Below, piece after piece: positions 14,298 to 28,637 of a stretch of DNA of 64,000 bases. Below the pieces are notes generated by a model. It saw nothing but the letters and a program-made list of their open reading frames with translations, was not told where the DNA came from and did no database searches. The first letter of the stretch is position 1. Each line of letters starts with the position of its first letter. The translations under genes and the position numbers were made by a program. The DNA comes from the human T2T-CHM13v2.0 reference genome, Homo sapiens. The stretch lies in the NCBI RefSeq assembly GCF_009914755.1, contig NC_060942.1, one strand, 5' to 3'.

Positions 14298-15030
14298 CCA
14301 CACATCTTTTTTACACAAACATTAGCACGCTCTACATATTACTTTCACCTGAAAAATACTTTTCATAATTTTTTCAGAGTTCTTTGAGCATTAAAAAATT
14401 AATGTGTGTAAACCCTAAAACCCTGTAACTTATCATTCTTCACTGTATACTACTATTATTATTACGACTATTACTGAAAAGTAGTAGTCTTCAGTAGTTG
14501 AATTTCTAAAATATGTTGCTAGATGAAACAAGAGGAATTAGTGTTTTGAGTTTCAATCTTTTTGTTTTTGTCTTATGTTACTTTTTAAAAATAATAGATA
14601 TCAAAAGATATTTTCACCGGCAAATTCATCTATCTTTTCTTCTGTGACTTTATTTGAATCCTCGCTTGAAATCCCTTCTCCTTTCTGAGTTTATGTAGAA
14701 ATTCTTCGATATTTTCTTGTAGTGCTTTTTTTTCCCCATTTGCTTTCTCTGAAATTTATATCAATGGAGGAAGATACATGGATTCAAATTTTTTTTTTTC
14801 CAAATGACTACCATTCAACAGTTTATTGAAGAGGTCAGCTTTCCCTAACTGACTTGAGACTCTACTTGGACCATATGTTTAACTATTATATGAACTGGGT
14901 CTATTTCTTGACTTTCTGTACTGTTGCTTTACTGACTTTTCTGTACTGTTGTTTTTTACAAGCTGTCTGTCCATTTTGCCTAGAGTTTCTTAGATTAAAG
15001 TCTGACTCAGAGTAACCAATCTTTTCATAG

Positions 15031-15061
<31 letters not shown>

Positions 15062-15954
15062 GGAAAATTCTAGCATCGTTAAATGACAATAAAGATTAAA
15101 CTGTTAACAGAATAAGTGTTAATTGGTTTTAACTGCTCTGTGGAAAAGCTGTGCTTTGAAGAATTTCATTATGTTCTATAATTAAACGTTAAATTTTAAA
15201 TACTGAATAGAAATACCACTGGGTTTTTAGGAACATGCTCCTACTCTACCCCATTACTGAGAGTTTAAAATTTCTGTGTTCACAGAGACTAAATATTTGG
15301 TTATTAAATATGTACACAATATTGCAAAACTTACAGTGACAATGAAATTATACAGCTGTGAAGATGGACAAAATTGCCAGATGTCAACTAATTCATCTGT
15401 AGCAAAGTTTTATCTATAGACCCACAAAAAATTATCTTAAAGTATCTACACTTACTTTAAGTAAAATGTCTCCATAATTTTTGACTTGGTAAATTTCTTT
15501 CACACATCATGTGGGAAGAAAGAGTGGCATTTCAAAGTCACGCCTTCATAGAGAGCCAAGTTTGAGAGTTACAGACAAGAAAAAGAGGGCGTGGTCTAGT
15601 AGTTCAATGCTAGTAATATTTTCTCCAGAAAATTCCTCCACGCACCATGTTAGGGCTGATTCTGCCCTTGAAGGCAACTAAGAGAACCATGAATAGTGGA
15701 GCACCTCCTCTGGAGTTCGGTTTCCTTCAAATATATACATCCACATGATCCCTGGTTATTTTTTATTTGTTAGAACATAACAGATAAGTCTGACAGTACT
15801 GTTATCTCAAGTGATTCTGGATGCAAGTGGTGAGGCTGGATAAAGAGGATATTCTCTTAGATTCCATAGAGGAATGTAATTTGACAAACAGACATTTAGG
15901 GAAAAGACTAGGAATTTTACACTCTTACTGCATTATTGACTCCTTAGCACATGC

Positions 15955-16567
15955 TGTCAGTGTCAGATGGAAGGGTTCCCAAGGCCACCCTCCAGCTCAA
16001 TACTCCTCTAGAAGACTCACAAGACTCAGAAAAACACATTATGCTCACAGTTTGTATCACCACAGTGAGAAATAAGATTAAAATCAGCAAAGGGAAAAGT
16101 CACAAGGGATAAAGGCCAGGAGAGACCAGGCAAAACCTTCCAAGGCCCCTCCCAGTGGGGTTGCATGGGGACACCCTTAATTCTCCCAGCAATGACGTGT
16201 GACAACACATGCAGTGCCATAAACCAGAGAAGCTCCCCTGAGCCTTGATGTCCAAGGTTTTTATTGGGGGTCAGTCATGTAGGCATGCAGCACCCCCAGG
16301 ACTGACTCAGCTATTCAGGCTCCAGGCTGCATCAGAGTAAAAACAGGCATCCCCGCTAGGCTGTCCCTTGTTGGGATTAATGTATCTGGTCAAATGGGTA
16401 TAGCATGGCCCAAGGTCTCAGACTTACAGAAACAGGCAGAATATTCCAAAGGCCCCAGAAATCAAATCCCAGAAGCCAGCCATAGGCCTATCCTAAAAAT
16501 AGGAATGGAGAATGTGCAGGGTTTGAATAACCAACTGGTGCCTGCTAAGTTAACCCCTTCCTGCCCA
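15955..16567 (-). mobile_element. LTR, MER21C-like
   Basis: ctagaagactcacaagactcagaaaa ... gattaaaatcagcaaagggaaaag ... ending cctgctaagttaaccccttcctgccca. Confidence 0.75.
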
Positions 16568-17504
16568 CTATCACATATATTACTTCATTTAATTAAAAAC
16601 AAACTGATAAATTCTTGTTGCCAATTTTATAGGTGAGAAGTTAATAGGTAAAATAACTGGCTCAGATTGATCCCCAGTTGTCCTCCTCATGGCCCTGTAC
16701 TTCTCCCTGGTAGCACATATCACAGTAAGTTTGTGATTCTTGCTGGCCTTTCCTGACTACTCAAAAGCCTCAGAAGCAATAGGCCATATATATTTTTCCC
16801 TCCTATTCAGTTCCCAGGCCCAAAACAGTGCCTAGGTTATAGTAGCTACTTGAAAATTATATGATACATTTATATGACAGGCTAGAGCATTGTGGTTGAA
16901 ATCGGTGCCCTAGTCTTTTGAATCCTATATTGTTATAATTTCCCTATATCACAATGTTGAAAACAAAAACAAAGAAAATTCTGGAAACAAGTGTCCCAGT
17001 TCTGTTTACCTCTTAGAATTTTTATGAGGCCCTAGAATATTCCTCAGAGCTGAAAGAAACCTTAGAGATTATATTATCCAACATCCTATTTTAGATAAGA
17101 AAAAAAACATTCATTTTGTACAAAGACATTGTTAGATATAAAGAGATTACAATTGCAATTGTCTACAAACATCAATAGAATTCTAGTTTGAAGTCAGGAC
17201 AAACACACGTCATCCATATTTTCCCTGTTTCACAAAATAAATGCAATTGAGGAATATGCATCTTGTTGGCAAGGGAATTGGGGGTTCAACTGTAACACCT
17301 ATGTTTTAGCTTTTCCCAAGTTAAGGAAATAATTCTTTGGGTTCATTTGCCCTTTTTGACATATTTATTTATAATATTAGTTTTATATATCACAGTCTTA
17401 AAAAGTTGTGCAAATACGTCTTCTAATATGTCCTCCTGTGGGTCTCATGTGTCATCTCCCACTCATCTTCAATGAAATGGTGACCTGTGGAGAAGGTTCT
17501 GGAG

Positions 17505-17640
17505 TCTAGTCATCAACAAACATAATGTGCATTTGAGTCACCTTGGGGTGTGTTAAATGCAGATTTAGATCTGATGGTCTGGACAAGCTCCCAGGGAGGC
17601 AGATGCTACTGATCCGTGGACCATGCTTTGAGGAGCAAGT
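17505..17640. mobile_element. MER5-like hAT DNA transposon remnant
   Basis: caagctcccagggaggcagatgctactgatccgtggaccatgctttgag resembles the MER5A end. Confidence 0.5.
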
Positions 17641-17790
17641 CAAATGCCATCTAAATTATTTCCTCTTTCTCCTAATTACATTCTCTAGTATTGGCTTGTT
17701 ACCACAAGACTGTTTAGACAGATATGAAACAGTCTATCTGTTCCCTAACAGCCCCAAAAGAACACATTTTAAATAATAAGGGAAACCTAG

Positions 17791-18174
17791 AGTATTAGTG
17801 CATTTTCACACTCCTACAAAGAAATACCCAAGACTGGATAATTTACAAAGGAAAGAGGTTTAATTGACTTAGTTGCACATGGCTGTGGAGGCCTCAGGAA
17901 ACTTACCATCATGGCAGAAGGTGAAACGGAAGCAGGGACCTTCTTCACATGGTGGCAGGAGAGAGAAGAGCAAAGGAAGAACTTCCAAACACTTAAAAAC
18001 CATCAGATCTCGCGAGAACTCGTTCAATATCAGGAGAGCAGCATGGGAGAAACTGCCCCCTGATCCATTCACCTCCCTCCCTCCACATGTGGGGATTACA
18101 GGTCCCTCCCTGGACACATGGGGATTACAATTTGGGATGAGATTTGGATGGGGACACAGAGCCAAACCCTATCA
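17791..18174 (-). mobile_element. THE1D-like solo LTR
   Basis: Complete LTR (a)gtattagt...ccaaaccctatca with a 5-bp TSD CCTAG at 17786-17790 and 18175-18179. Confidence 0.92.
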
Positions 18175-19605
18175 CCTAGCCCATTTATTCCAACATGGCT
18201 GACAAAAAATCATAAATATGACCTTCATCTAGGCTTAGGTACAAACACTGAAGAAAGAACATCTTCTACCTAAAGTTTCTTTGCTTTTTATGCTGTTTTA
18301 GATGCCTTATTTCATGATCAAAGGATGAAGTTTACAGTAGTTTTTACTTCAGAGACAAAAATCCCTCCTGTAAGCATGCAAGCTCTTGCGCGGGGCAGAG
18401 TCAAATCCCAGGAAGTGGACAAGCACTCGACCTTTACATCTCAATGACCGAGTGTGACATAACAATTTGTGTCTTCATTATCTCATTTCCAAAGGCTAAT
18501 AAGTACTGTTTTTCAGATGACTATGAACAAAGCTCAACCTCAAACAAGATGCACTCGCTACTTATCAATGGTTTTGTTGCTGCTGCTCCTTACTCCTCTG
18601 AATCAACAAAGAAAGCTCATTTGTTTCACTTTGTGAAAACTCTTCATTTTTCCCCCAGACTTTCCATTTCACGCTGTGTGAATTTTATTAAGATCTCTTT
18701 CAGAGAAGCTAAGTGCTGGCTCTATAGGGCCCTAAGGGATCACAGTTGCAGCCTCTGTAATGTCGGAAGCCTCTTGAGACATTTCTTTTCTATTGAAAAC
18801 TCTTTGGAGAATCATAGAGAAGAATCTAAAATCTTTTTGGTGCTTAAAGAAATAGTTATCCTCATGAATATTTTTATGTTATAACTTGAAAATCGCTTGA
18901 TGTTGTAATCTGAAAAATCAGCAACACAGAAATCCAATTAATATCCAATATCCAAAATATTAACATATTGATATTGGGTGGGTCTTTCTGAAGACTTTCT
19001 TAAAAGCTAGCTTAAAATATTAAAATATTTTCCATTTTGGAGTTAGCCTTTGTTAATAAAACTTACCTATAATCCTATTGAATAACAACTTGTCAGTGGA
19101 GTTTTCCTAATTAAAAAAAATGTTTTTAAAAAGTAATTCTAATTAGATAGTTGAAAAAAGAATTTGCATTCTGATTTTTCCCTGAATTGACATAAGAATT
19201 TTAATGCTCTCAGAAATGACATGGTGATAACTGCATAACAGTTTGCCCATATTGTATCATGATAGTCTATGTCATAATGGCAGATAAAAACACTAATTCA
19301 TTTAAATATTGGAAAGCATCCACTGTCATTGCCTAAATCACCTTTTTTTTCTGTTCCTTTACACTGTTGTGAATGCTTCCTTTTTAAACATCCAAATATA
19401 CATGGATTTTTATTTTTATTTCCATTTTCATGTACCATATAAAGATGCACTTTTTGGTTGGTTTGGTTACGGCTGAATCAGCCTCACTAACTCCTGTGGA
19501 GGTCAGGAGGAGGAGGCACAAGGGCAAGGGCTTTGTCTACGTGGAAAACTGTTATGCACTTGAACACATGGAGACCCATCTCTTTCCCTATCTCTATTCT
19601 CACAG

Positions 19606-19744
19606 AATGTGTGACACAGGAGAAGGACTATTCACTTTTCAAACAAGGGAAGGAGAAATGATCTATCAGAAGGTTCATTCTGCGACACTGGCCATAGCTG
19701 AGCAACATGAAAGATTAATGCTAGAAATGGAACAGAAGGCCCGG
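19606..19744 (+). CDS. DOK6: DOK6 (docking protein 6) internal coding exon, end of IRS-type PTB domain (probably exon 6)
   Basis: Polypyrimidine tract + cacag| acceptor and CGG|gtaagg donor, 139 bp. Encodes (R)[46 protein letters not shown], which I recognise as DOK6. Confidence 0.96.
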
Positions 19745-21249
19745 GTAAGGCCCCTTCCTTGGTAACCTATCAGCTTGGAAATGAATGTCACTGGGATCTG
19801 ATGTACACTGTGTATGTGTGGGGCCATTCATGTCAGCGCCTGGGTGTCCACCCTGCCCTGATCCTGAGGTCTTACCCTACCCTCTCATCTCTCTAATATC
19901 CTATTCAATATGTCAAAAAAGAAGTTATTGTGGCCACCAACTGTGAGCCCTGCACTTCTGGCATCTACCTATGTAAGACCTGTTGCCTTGGATGTCAGAG
20001 AGTAGATTGCATGAAATAAGAAGCAATGCTGTCTGCATGTCCCCACATACAGTTGGACAATCAGATTTAAATATGGGCTCAAAATAACTAGGAAAATTAA
20101 GTTCTCACCAGGAAGGGTTCCACTTTATTTTTTAACCTTTATGTTTATCCTAGGTGCTCTAAAAGTTCTAGCTCTTCCTGTATGTATAATAAAATGTTTA
20201 CAGAAGGAGGTTATGCTGGTTGACAATAGAATAATTTGTCTATCGTCTTGTCCTGGAACTGTAGTCCAGTTTTAGGATCAAGCTAAAAAATAATCTAGTA
20301 AAGAATCTAAAGTAGTAAATTTTATTAATATGACAAGCTGAAAAATAATTATAAGCTTTATTACTAATTTGCTTGAAAAAGCAAACAATGAAATGACTAT
20401 TGATTATGATCTTAAGAGATGAGTATTGTTTTTTCTCTAGGATTTATAAAGATGCATCAGAGTTCATCTATAGAAGGACAGGTAGTGTTTGGGAAGCATC
20501 TATAATTCTCTTTGTGAAACATCAGTAAGTCTATTGTAGTTTAAGAAAGTTTCATATTACTATTATTTTAGTTTTTATCTCTAAAATTCTATGAAACATT
20601 TTGAAGTATAAAATAAATATTTTTAAAAGAAAGAGAACAGAAGTAGCTTAAATGATCATATTTTACTCTTAATGCACTTTTAACTTTCTCAATACTATAT
20701 TTCTCTCTCCATCTGGGGTACGGTTAAAAAAGAGCCTTCCTAACACCTCAGGAGGGAAAGGGCAACACAGGGCATTGGACTCCCCATGGAAATGAAAGAG
20801 TAGCTTCAGCATTTGTAGGATGATTAGGATGAGACTGTGGGGTTGACTGAAGAATCATCAATTAGAGAGGGCTGGTAAAACAAACTTCTAGAAAGATTTG
20901 GGTTAACTTTAAACCATTGTAACAATTATCTAATCAACGTGATGTTTTTCTAGCGATTAAAATCAAGTGGAAAAATATAACTATCAAATTTCAAATTATT
21001 TCAGAGTCATGCATATTGATCATCAGCCCATATTTTCAATCTGCTGGTGCTTGTTTTCAACCAAGATTTACCATGGGGCTAACCATGATGTCACTTGCTA
21101 TTAGTTAACCTCTGTACTTCTTTACTTATAGTTGTTTTAAACAAGCAAAAGCTCATAGAGTGATTTAAATTATATTTTAATGATGGAAATTCCAAGAGCT
21201 CTTTCACATACTGTAATTATCTGCCATAAAGAAGAGTACCCCGTTGGTG

Positions 21250-21450
21250 CTCTGGGCTTGCATCCCAACACCACCACTTACTGGCTGTGTAATCTTGGGC
21301 AAATTATTTAACTCTGGTTTTCCTTTATCTGTAACAAGGGCATGTAATAGTTCTACTCATTTGGTTGTTATGAGGTTTCTGCGCATTCATCTACATAAAG
21401 TGCTGAGAATCAGACCAAGCACATAGAAGTACCATGAAAGTGTTCATTAT
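21250..21450 (+). mobile_element. MIR
   Basis: ccacttactggctgtgtaatcttgggcaaattatttaac ... ttgttatgagg ... aaagtgctgagaa. Confidence 0.8.
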
Positions 21451-22132
21451 GGATGACGGTGATGTCGGAGTGACATTGTATAGTTATAAGAGTTGCTATT
21501 ATGGCTACATAATATCCTTCACAATCTTTCAAGTATTTCTAACAATGTTGTGCCAAAATATTTGCTAAACAAAACTTAATTCACTTTTGTTGTTGATGTT
21601 GTTGTATGTTTCTCGTGTCCTGTGCCACTGAGAAGCAAGTCAAAGGAATGGAGCCAAGTAATTGCTTTTAATGGCTCAGAGATGAGATAATGGATCCAGT
21701 CAATGTAACCACAGGCAGTCTAAAGCCAGGGTGTACACCACAGGCGTGGGTGCCAATATCAGTGCTGAGACAGAGATAGAAGGGAGAGCGCAACAAATGT
21801 TTAAACAGCAGGCTCAGCAAGGCTCAACAGAGAAACAAAATGTTTCTAGAAATTACAAAATCAGAGACTCCATCACTTGGCCCATACATGTCAATAGAGT
21901 GTTTGATTTAATTCAGAAATAATTTCCAACTATGCTTTTCTCTGCAGGTTAATGCTAGTAAGAACTACTCCATGGCTAATTTGTTCTTCAGAGTAAACTG
22001 AACTAATACTTTCCAAGTGCAAGCTGCCTCAAGTTGATAAATGCCTAAATTTCCAAAATACTACAACCAAAAGCAAAGTTTTCCAGTTCTCCAGATACAA
22101 TTTTTTTATAGATACCTCAACATGCACAAAAC

Positions 22133-22436
22133 TTTTCTTTGTTGCTGTTGTTTTTTGAGACAGGGTCTCGCTCTGTCACCCGGGCCAGAGTGTAATGATG
22201 TGAACACAGCTCACTGCAGCCTCAACCTCCTGGGCTCAAGCAGTCCTCCAGCCTCAGCCCCCAACTAGCTGGTACTACAGGCCTGCACCACTATTCCTAG
22301 CCAATTTTTGTATTTTTTATAGAGACGGGGTCTTACTGTGTTGCCCAGGCTGGTGTTGAACTCCTGGGTTCAAGCAGTCCAACTTCCTTGGTCTCCCAAA
22401 GTGCTAGGAATACAGGCATGACCACCATGCCTGGCC
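22133..22436 (-). mobile_element. Alu (AluJ)
   Basis: Antisense dimer with acagctcactgcagcctcaacctcctgggctcaag. Confidence 0.93.
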
Positions 22437-22773
22437 ACAGAAAACTCTTATATAAAAATTTCCAACAAGTATGAAAGAGTGTTTAAATACTCTCTAACTC
22501 TTCATTTACTATTTAAAATAACAAAATTGTAACTTGAAAGTTGGATAAAAAAACTCAAATGAGAAATAATGTCTCAACAACCGTTTCTTACTATGAAAGA
22601 AAATTCAATATGATCTTTTCACACCATATAAGACCTTATTTTGCCCTTGTTTATAACCCACTTTCTTTGGGGGGCCACATGAATAAACATATTTGACATA
22701 TATCCATAGTCTGAATTAGGACATTTCTATTCTTGCTTGAAGAATTTGATGTTTAGAAAAATTTCTCAGCACT

Positions 22774-23084
<311 letters not shown>

Positions 23085-24704
23085 TTATCAACATTGTGAG
23101 AAAACATTGCATTTGCCACTCAAAAGTAACTGGACAAAAGAACCACTAAATTGGTAAGATAATTAGAAGTGAATGTCTTGATTTCCTTCACTGAGAAGAA
23201 TAAAAAATTAATATTAACTGACAACATATTAAGGAGAGGTTATTGGTTTATTAACCATTCACAAGATTATAAAGTGCTTGCACTATGCTGAGTACCCTGC
23301 ACAGTGGTACAGGGAAATACAAGAGGAGAGCAAGAAAGTTCCTTCTCAAGTAGCCCAGAATTGTGTGGGATCAAATAATTTGTACTGCTCAGAACAAGAT
23401 TATTGCATGTCCTTTGACTCCTTGAAATATCAAAAGTTTTCCATACCTCAATGTATGTATGGGTAAGACATCACCATCATTGAATTTTGCTACATGATAA
23501 TAAATACACCATTTGAGCTTGTTCATATTGTCATGGCAAGAGCCTGACAGATTATTGGGATAATCAACTTATTGGAGTCGGCCCTCCATAGAATGATCTC
23601 TGTATTAGAAGATGACATGCTTGCCATTTTGCATTCAGAGGTACAGCAACAGCTTCTCATTCCTGCCTCCAAGTGAGAATCAGAAAGTGGTCTTGGCAGA
23701 AAAGGAGACAGCAATCTTAAGGAGTCTCTATACCTTCTTCATTTTCAAACTACAAACCAGTCTAATTTTAAAAGAGTTTGAAGATACATGGGAGAATTAA
23801 GCTAGGGTAATACATATTAAACTGGAACTATTTTTGAGGAATATGTTTCAAATATTTGAGAAAATGATTAAAGCTAGATATTTGAACACGATATGTTCAT
23901 CTCTAGAAATGTTTCCATTTCACAGAGATCATTCTTGTTCTCAGAGCTAGCAGAGTTCTTTGGATTCCATTGCCAAAAGTATCTGTAGATGGTTTGACAT
24001 GCATGTGCAACATTATCAAAAAAAGTTTTGACACTGTGATAGAAGCCACTCATCAGAAACTGTATCACAAATGCTCCCATGTGACTTAGCCTGTTAAGGT
24101 TGAGTACAGGCTGAAATCATCATGGACACGGCCTCAACTGGATTGAAATAATTTAATTTTAGATTTTCATGGATCTGCTTTACATGCACACACATGCACA
24201 TTAAATGAAAGGTGCTTTCTTTTAAAATGTGCCTTTTATGTTCTAAAGCAATTTATTATAAAATGCTCACATGTAAAGAGCAGTTGAGAAGACAAGAATG
24301 AGGAAAAAAAAGATTTTTTTTTTCTGTTATATCCAAAATAAGTAAGCAAAAAGAAGTGTGGGGGGGATTGTCAGTAATTTCCAATCTTCTAACATTGCAA
24401 GTAATTTAAAAACATTTGTATACAAACACCCTCACAAAATGAGAATTTCAGTGTATTAAAAAAACAAAAAAAAACAGCATTTAGGATGCTCCTGTTCTGT
24501 AATCCCCATCTCCTGCTCACCAGAAAAGCTCTGTATACAGTGTAAGGACAAATAGCATGAGTGCTGTTGAAACGCCAGGAAGATATCAAGACTTTGTCTA
24601 ATGCCTTAAAAACATCATCAGTGGGACTTGTCAAATGGGCTGCCCTCCAGAGCTGTCAGTCCTGTGATTTTCCTAAGCTCTGGTGGACAGAAAAAGAAAG
24701 AACA

Positions 24705-25030
<326 letters not shown>

Positions 25031-25278
25031 TCATAAGATTAGAGCTTTTGATTGCTGACAGTGATCACATTTGCATATTTGTGATTTTTTTTTCTTTTTT
25101 TACTGATAGTCATGGATTGTGATGAAACAACACAAGCTGAATTAGAACAAATTATTATGGTTGATAATGAAAATGTGAAAATGGATCTGTGATCCCAATT
25201 AATCAATTCACTTACTGTTGTTCAGTTTCAGAACACTAAAGAAAATTTAGTCTAAACAACAACAACAAAACCTCACTT

Positions 25279-25674
<396 letters not shown>

Positions 25675-26294
25675 TTATCTAACCAGTGGTGTTCTTGCAT
25701 GATGTGAGTAAAAATTAGACTATCATGTTCTTTTTTCTTAAAACTTGTTTCCTTAAAATTGATATTTTAGATGTCACTTCAGAAAATGCATTTCATGTAT
25801 GTATGTATGTACATGTATGTACTTCTCAAATGTAAATCAAATAGATCAGAGTTGGTTCTGTGTAAGAAAAATCATTGCCTAACACAAAATATTGCAATTT
25901 CTGTGTTTAAAAAAATACAGTTTTGATTCTTTGCTTTGCTGGAACTGAACAATATAAAGAAAGCTGCACAAGGATAGTTTTCTTAAATGAAAATAACAGA
26001 TTTCAAAAGGTTCATCAAAATGACCCAACATACAGACATTATGACAACATACACACATATAACCCAATGGCTCAGACTATCTTTTCTTTGGAACAATGCT
26101 ATAAAACAGAAGTATTTTTTAAATGTAGGCCACGAAAATCTAAGGAGTTGATATAAGCATTGCCTGGGAGGATAATGAAGGCCACATCCAGTGAATGTGA
26201 TAGGAAGTGTCAGTTCCTGGGATGTGTTCAGTGAACACAGATGCAGATTGTAGAAGAAACACAGTAGGATTTCAGAGATTGATTCCAGGGAGAC

Positions 26295-26455
26295 TGCAAC
26301 AGAGCTATGTGACCTTGGGCAAGTTACGTTCTCTGTGCTTCAGTTACCTGTACTTAAAAGGTGTTGAGTGAAGCACAATGATATCATAATATGTACTTCA
26401 CAGTGTTAGAACACCACCTGGTCTTTAGTAAAAGCTCAGTAATTATGAGCTAATT
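26295..26455 (+). mobile_element. MIR
   Basis: agctatgtgaccttgggcaagttacgttctctgtgcttcagtt. Confidence 0.7.
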
Positions 26456-26890
26456 CATAAGATGGCTAGCAAGAAAATTTAGCTTTAAGTGGGAAAAACT
26501 GTTTTAACCATCACTAAAAATTCATCCCAGCTTTCATTACGTGCAGATATTGGAAATTAATTTTATGAACTTAACGATAGCCTCTAGATATTTACATTTT
26601 TTTAATTTAGAAAGAGCCCAAAATTTGATTTTAAATCACTAAGAAATTTAACGTTTTATGTGTATTTATCATGTTCCTTTTATTCAAAGAGCAGCTCTGT
26701 AAATGTGTCTTACTTACAAATAGATAAACAGAAATAGAGATAATAGAGAGATTAAGAATATACATGTTGTTAAATGCATTACTGATTGCAGACGGAAATG
26801 ATGTTGAAAGTGAATGACAGTTTCTGCTGTTATTCTCAAACTCAGCTTATTTTCAGACTTCCTGAAAGTATTTTGGTCCATACATGATTT

Positions 26891-27230
<340 letters not shown>

Positions 27231-27639
27231 TCAGGTTTAATGAAAATATCCTACAAAGTTCAATTAAATGACATCTAGCAACTTTCATTCAATGACCATG
27301 TAAATATTACCTTTTATTTGTCATTCTGGTACAGACCTAGCATGGTATCTTCTAATTCCTTTCCATTTATCTTGAATAAAATGGAAGATTAAGGGTGAGG
27401 TGTCCCTTATTGAAAATTAAGCCAAGTCTGTGATAAGCCAATTGGTGTTCTTCTTGAACATGAGAAGGTGTTCTGTCTTGAACATGAGAAACAGGCACTC
27501 GCATTCCTGCTCTGGTTTTGTGAAATTTACCCAATTGGTGTAATTCTCATCTTATCTGTATCCTGGAGAAGAGAGATCCAGTAATGTATTTTACAGTGAG
27601 TCATGGGGAAGAGGGAAGAATATCAAGACTCTGAAACCT

Positions 27640-27830
27640 CAGAGCCATCTCTCATTAGCCGTGTCACCATGAACAAATTATATTATCCCTCTGTACCTCA
27701 TTGTCCTTGTCTGTAAAGTTCAGATGGCATATTTGTTGACAATTTATGTGAATATTCAGTAGTATAATATATGAAACCAATTTGCACATTGCCAGGCACA
27801 TAGAGAATGGCTCATAAATGTCAATTTATA
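27640..27830 (+). mobile_element. MIR
   Basis: tagccgtgtcaccatgaacaaatt ... ctctgtacctcattgtccttgtctgtaaa ... gccaggcacatag. Confidence 0.65.
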
Positions 27831-28637
27831 AATGCTGAATTTCTTCTCTCTCAGTTGTATATAGATTTGTCTCAACTGCTAATCCAATTTTTAATTTTTA
27901 GGCAATCACTAGAGAGATAAAGAGCAAAAGGAAAGTCAGTTAACAGTTTTTTTATACAAATGAATTTTATGTAAATGAACACAAATTAGCATCAATGTTC
28001 ATCACAGGGGGAAGAAAAGCCTCAAATCAACAAAGGAAAAAATTTCAGAGACAGTAAGATTACCTAAGGTCATATTTTTGGCAAAAGCATGAAGAGGTGT
28101 GGGTTGCCAATACCTTCATAAAATTCCCAACATTTGTCAGCCCCACCTTCCTAGTAACTTAGGTCTTCTCAAGGGATAAGGGTAGAATGTCCACATTGCA
28201 ATATATTAGGGAGGAAGCTCTTTCCGCTCCGCCCCCTCCCCCCCACAGAAGATATCAGCATCAAAGTCTAAAGAGCAATGGGCTCAGAGTCTAGAGAACT
28301 GTTTTCTATTGGGAGCTCTGTAGTTGAGATTTACCTTGAGCAAATTCTTGAATTTTTCTGCATGTTGATTTCCCATCTGTAAGAAAATTGCTAGGTTTTC
28401 TAAGAAGGATTTAAACCTTGAATTGCATGACTTGTCCACATAGTTACTTGAAGCTTCCTCACTCCGTAGCAGTCTTACATGTATGCAGCCTTACAAGGTG
28501 ACTCAGAAGAAGTGAGAGGAAGAGGAGCTGTCATAAGGGTCTTAGAAGTCATGTCCACAGCAGACATAATGTCACACCTACCATATGTTATACTGGTCAA
28601 AACAATCACCAAGAAGCCCAGATTAAAGGGAGAGAAC

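Noticed and set aside
14909-14959. Imperfect tandem duplication of about 25 bp
   Set aside because: Lies in degenerate L1 sequence; no reason to suspect function.
18068-18130. Internal duplication (ccctcc...acatg(t)ggggattaca x2) and a possible PRDM9 motif in the THE1 LTR
   Set aside because: As I recall, the duplication is part of the THE1D consensus, and the sequence does not fit CCNCCNTNNCCNC.
18444-18884. 146-aa ORF, the longest in the window
   Set aside because: No recognisable domain and no convincing splice or promoter context; compatible with chance in 64 kb.
19430-19765. 111-aa ORF treated as a standalone gene
   Set aside because: Only 19606-19744 is DOK6 coding sequence bounded by splice sites; the flanks are intronic read-through.
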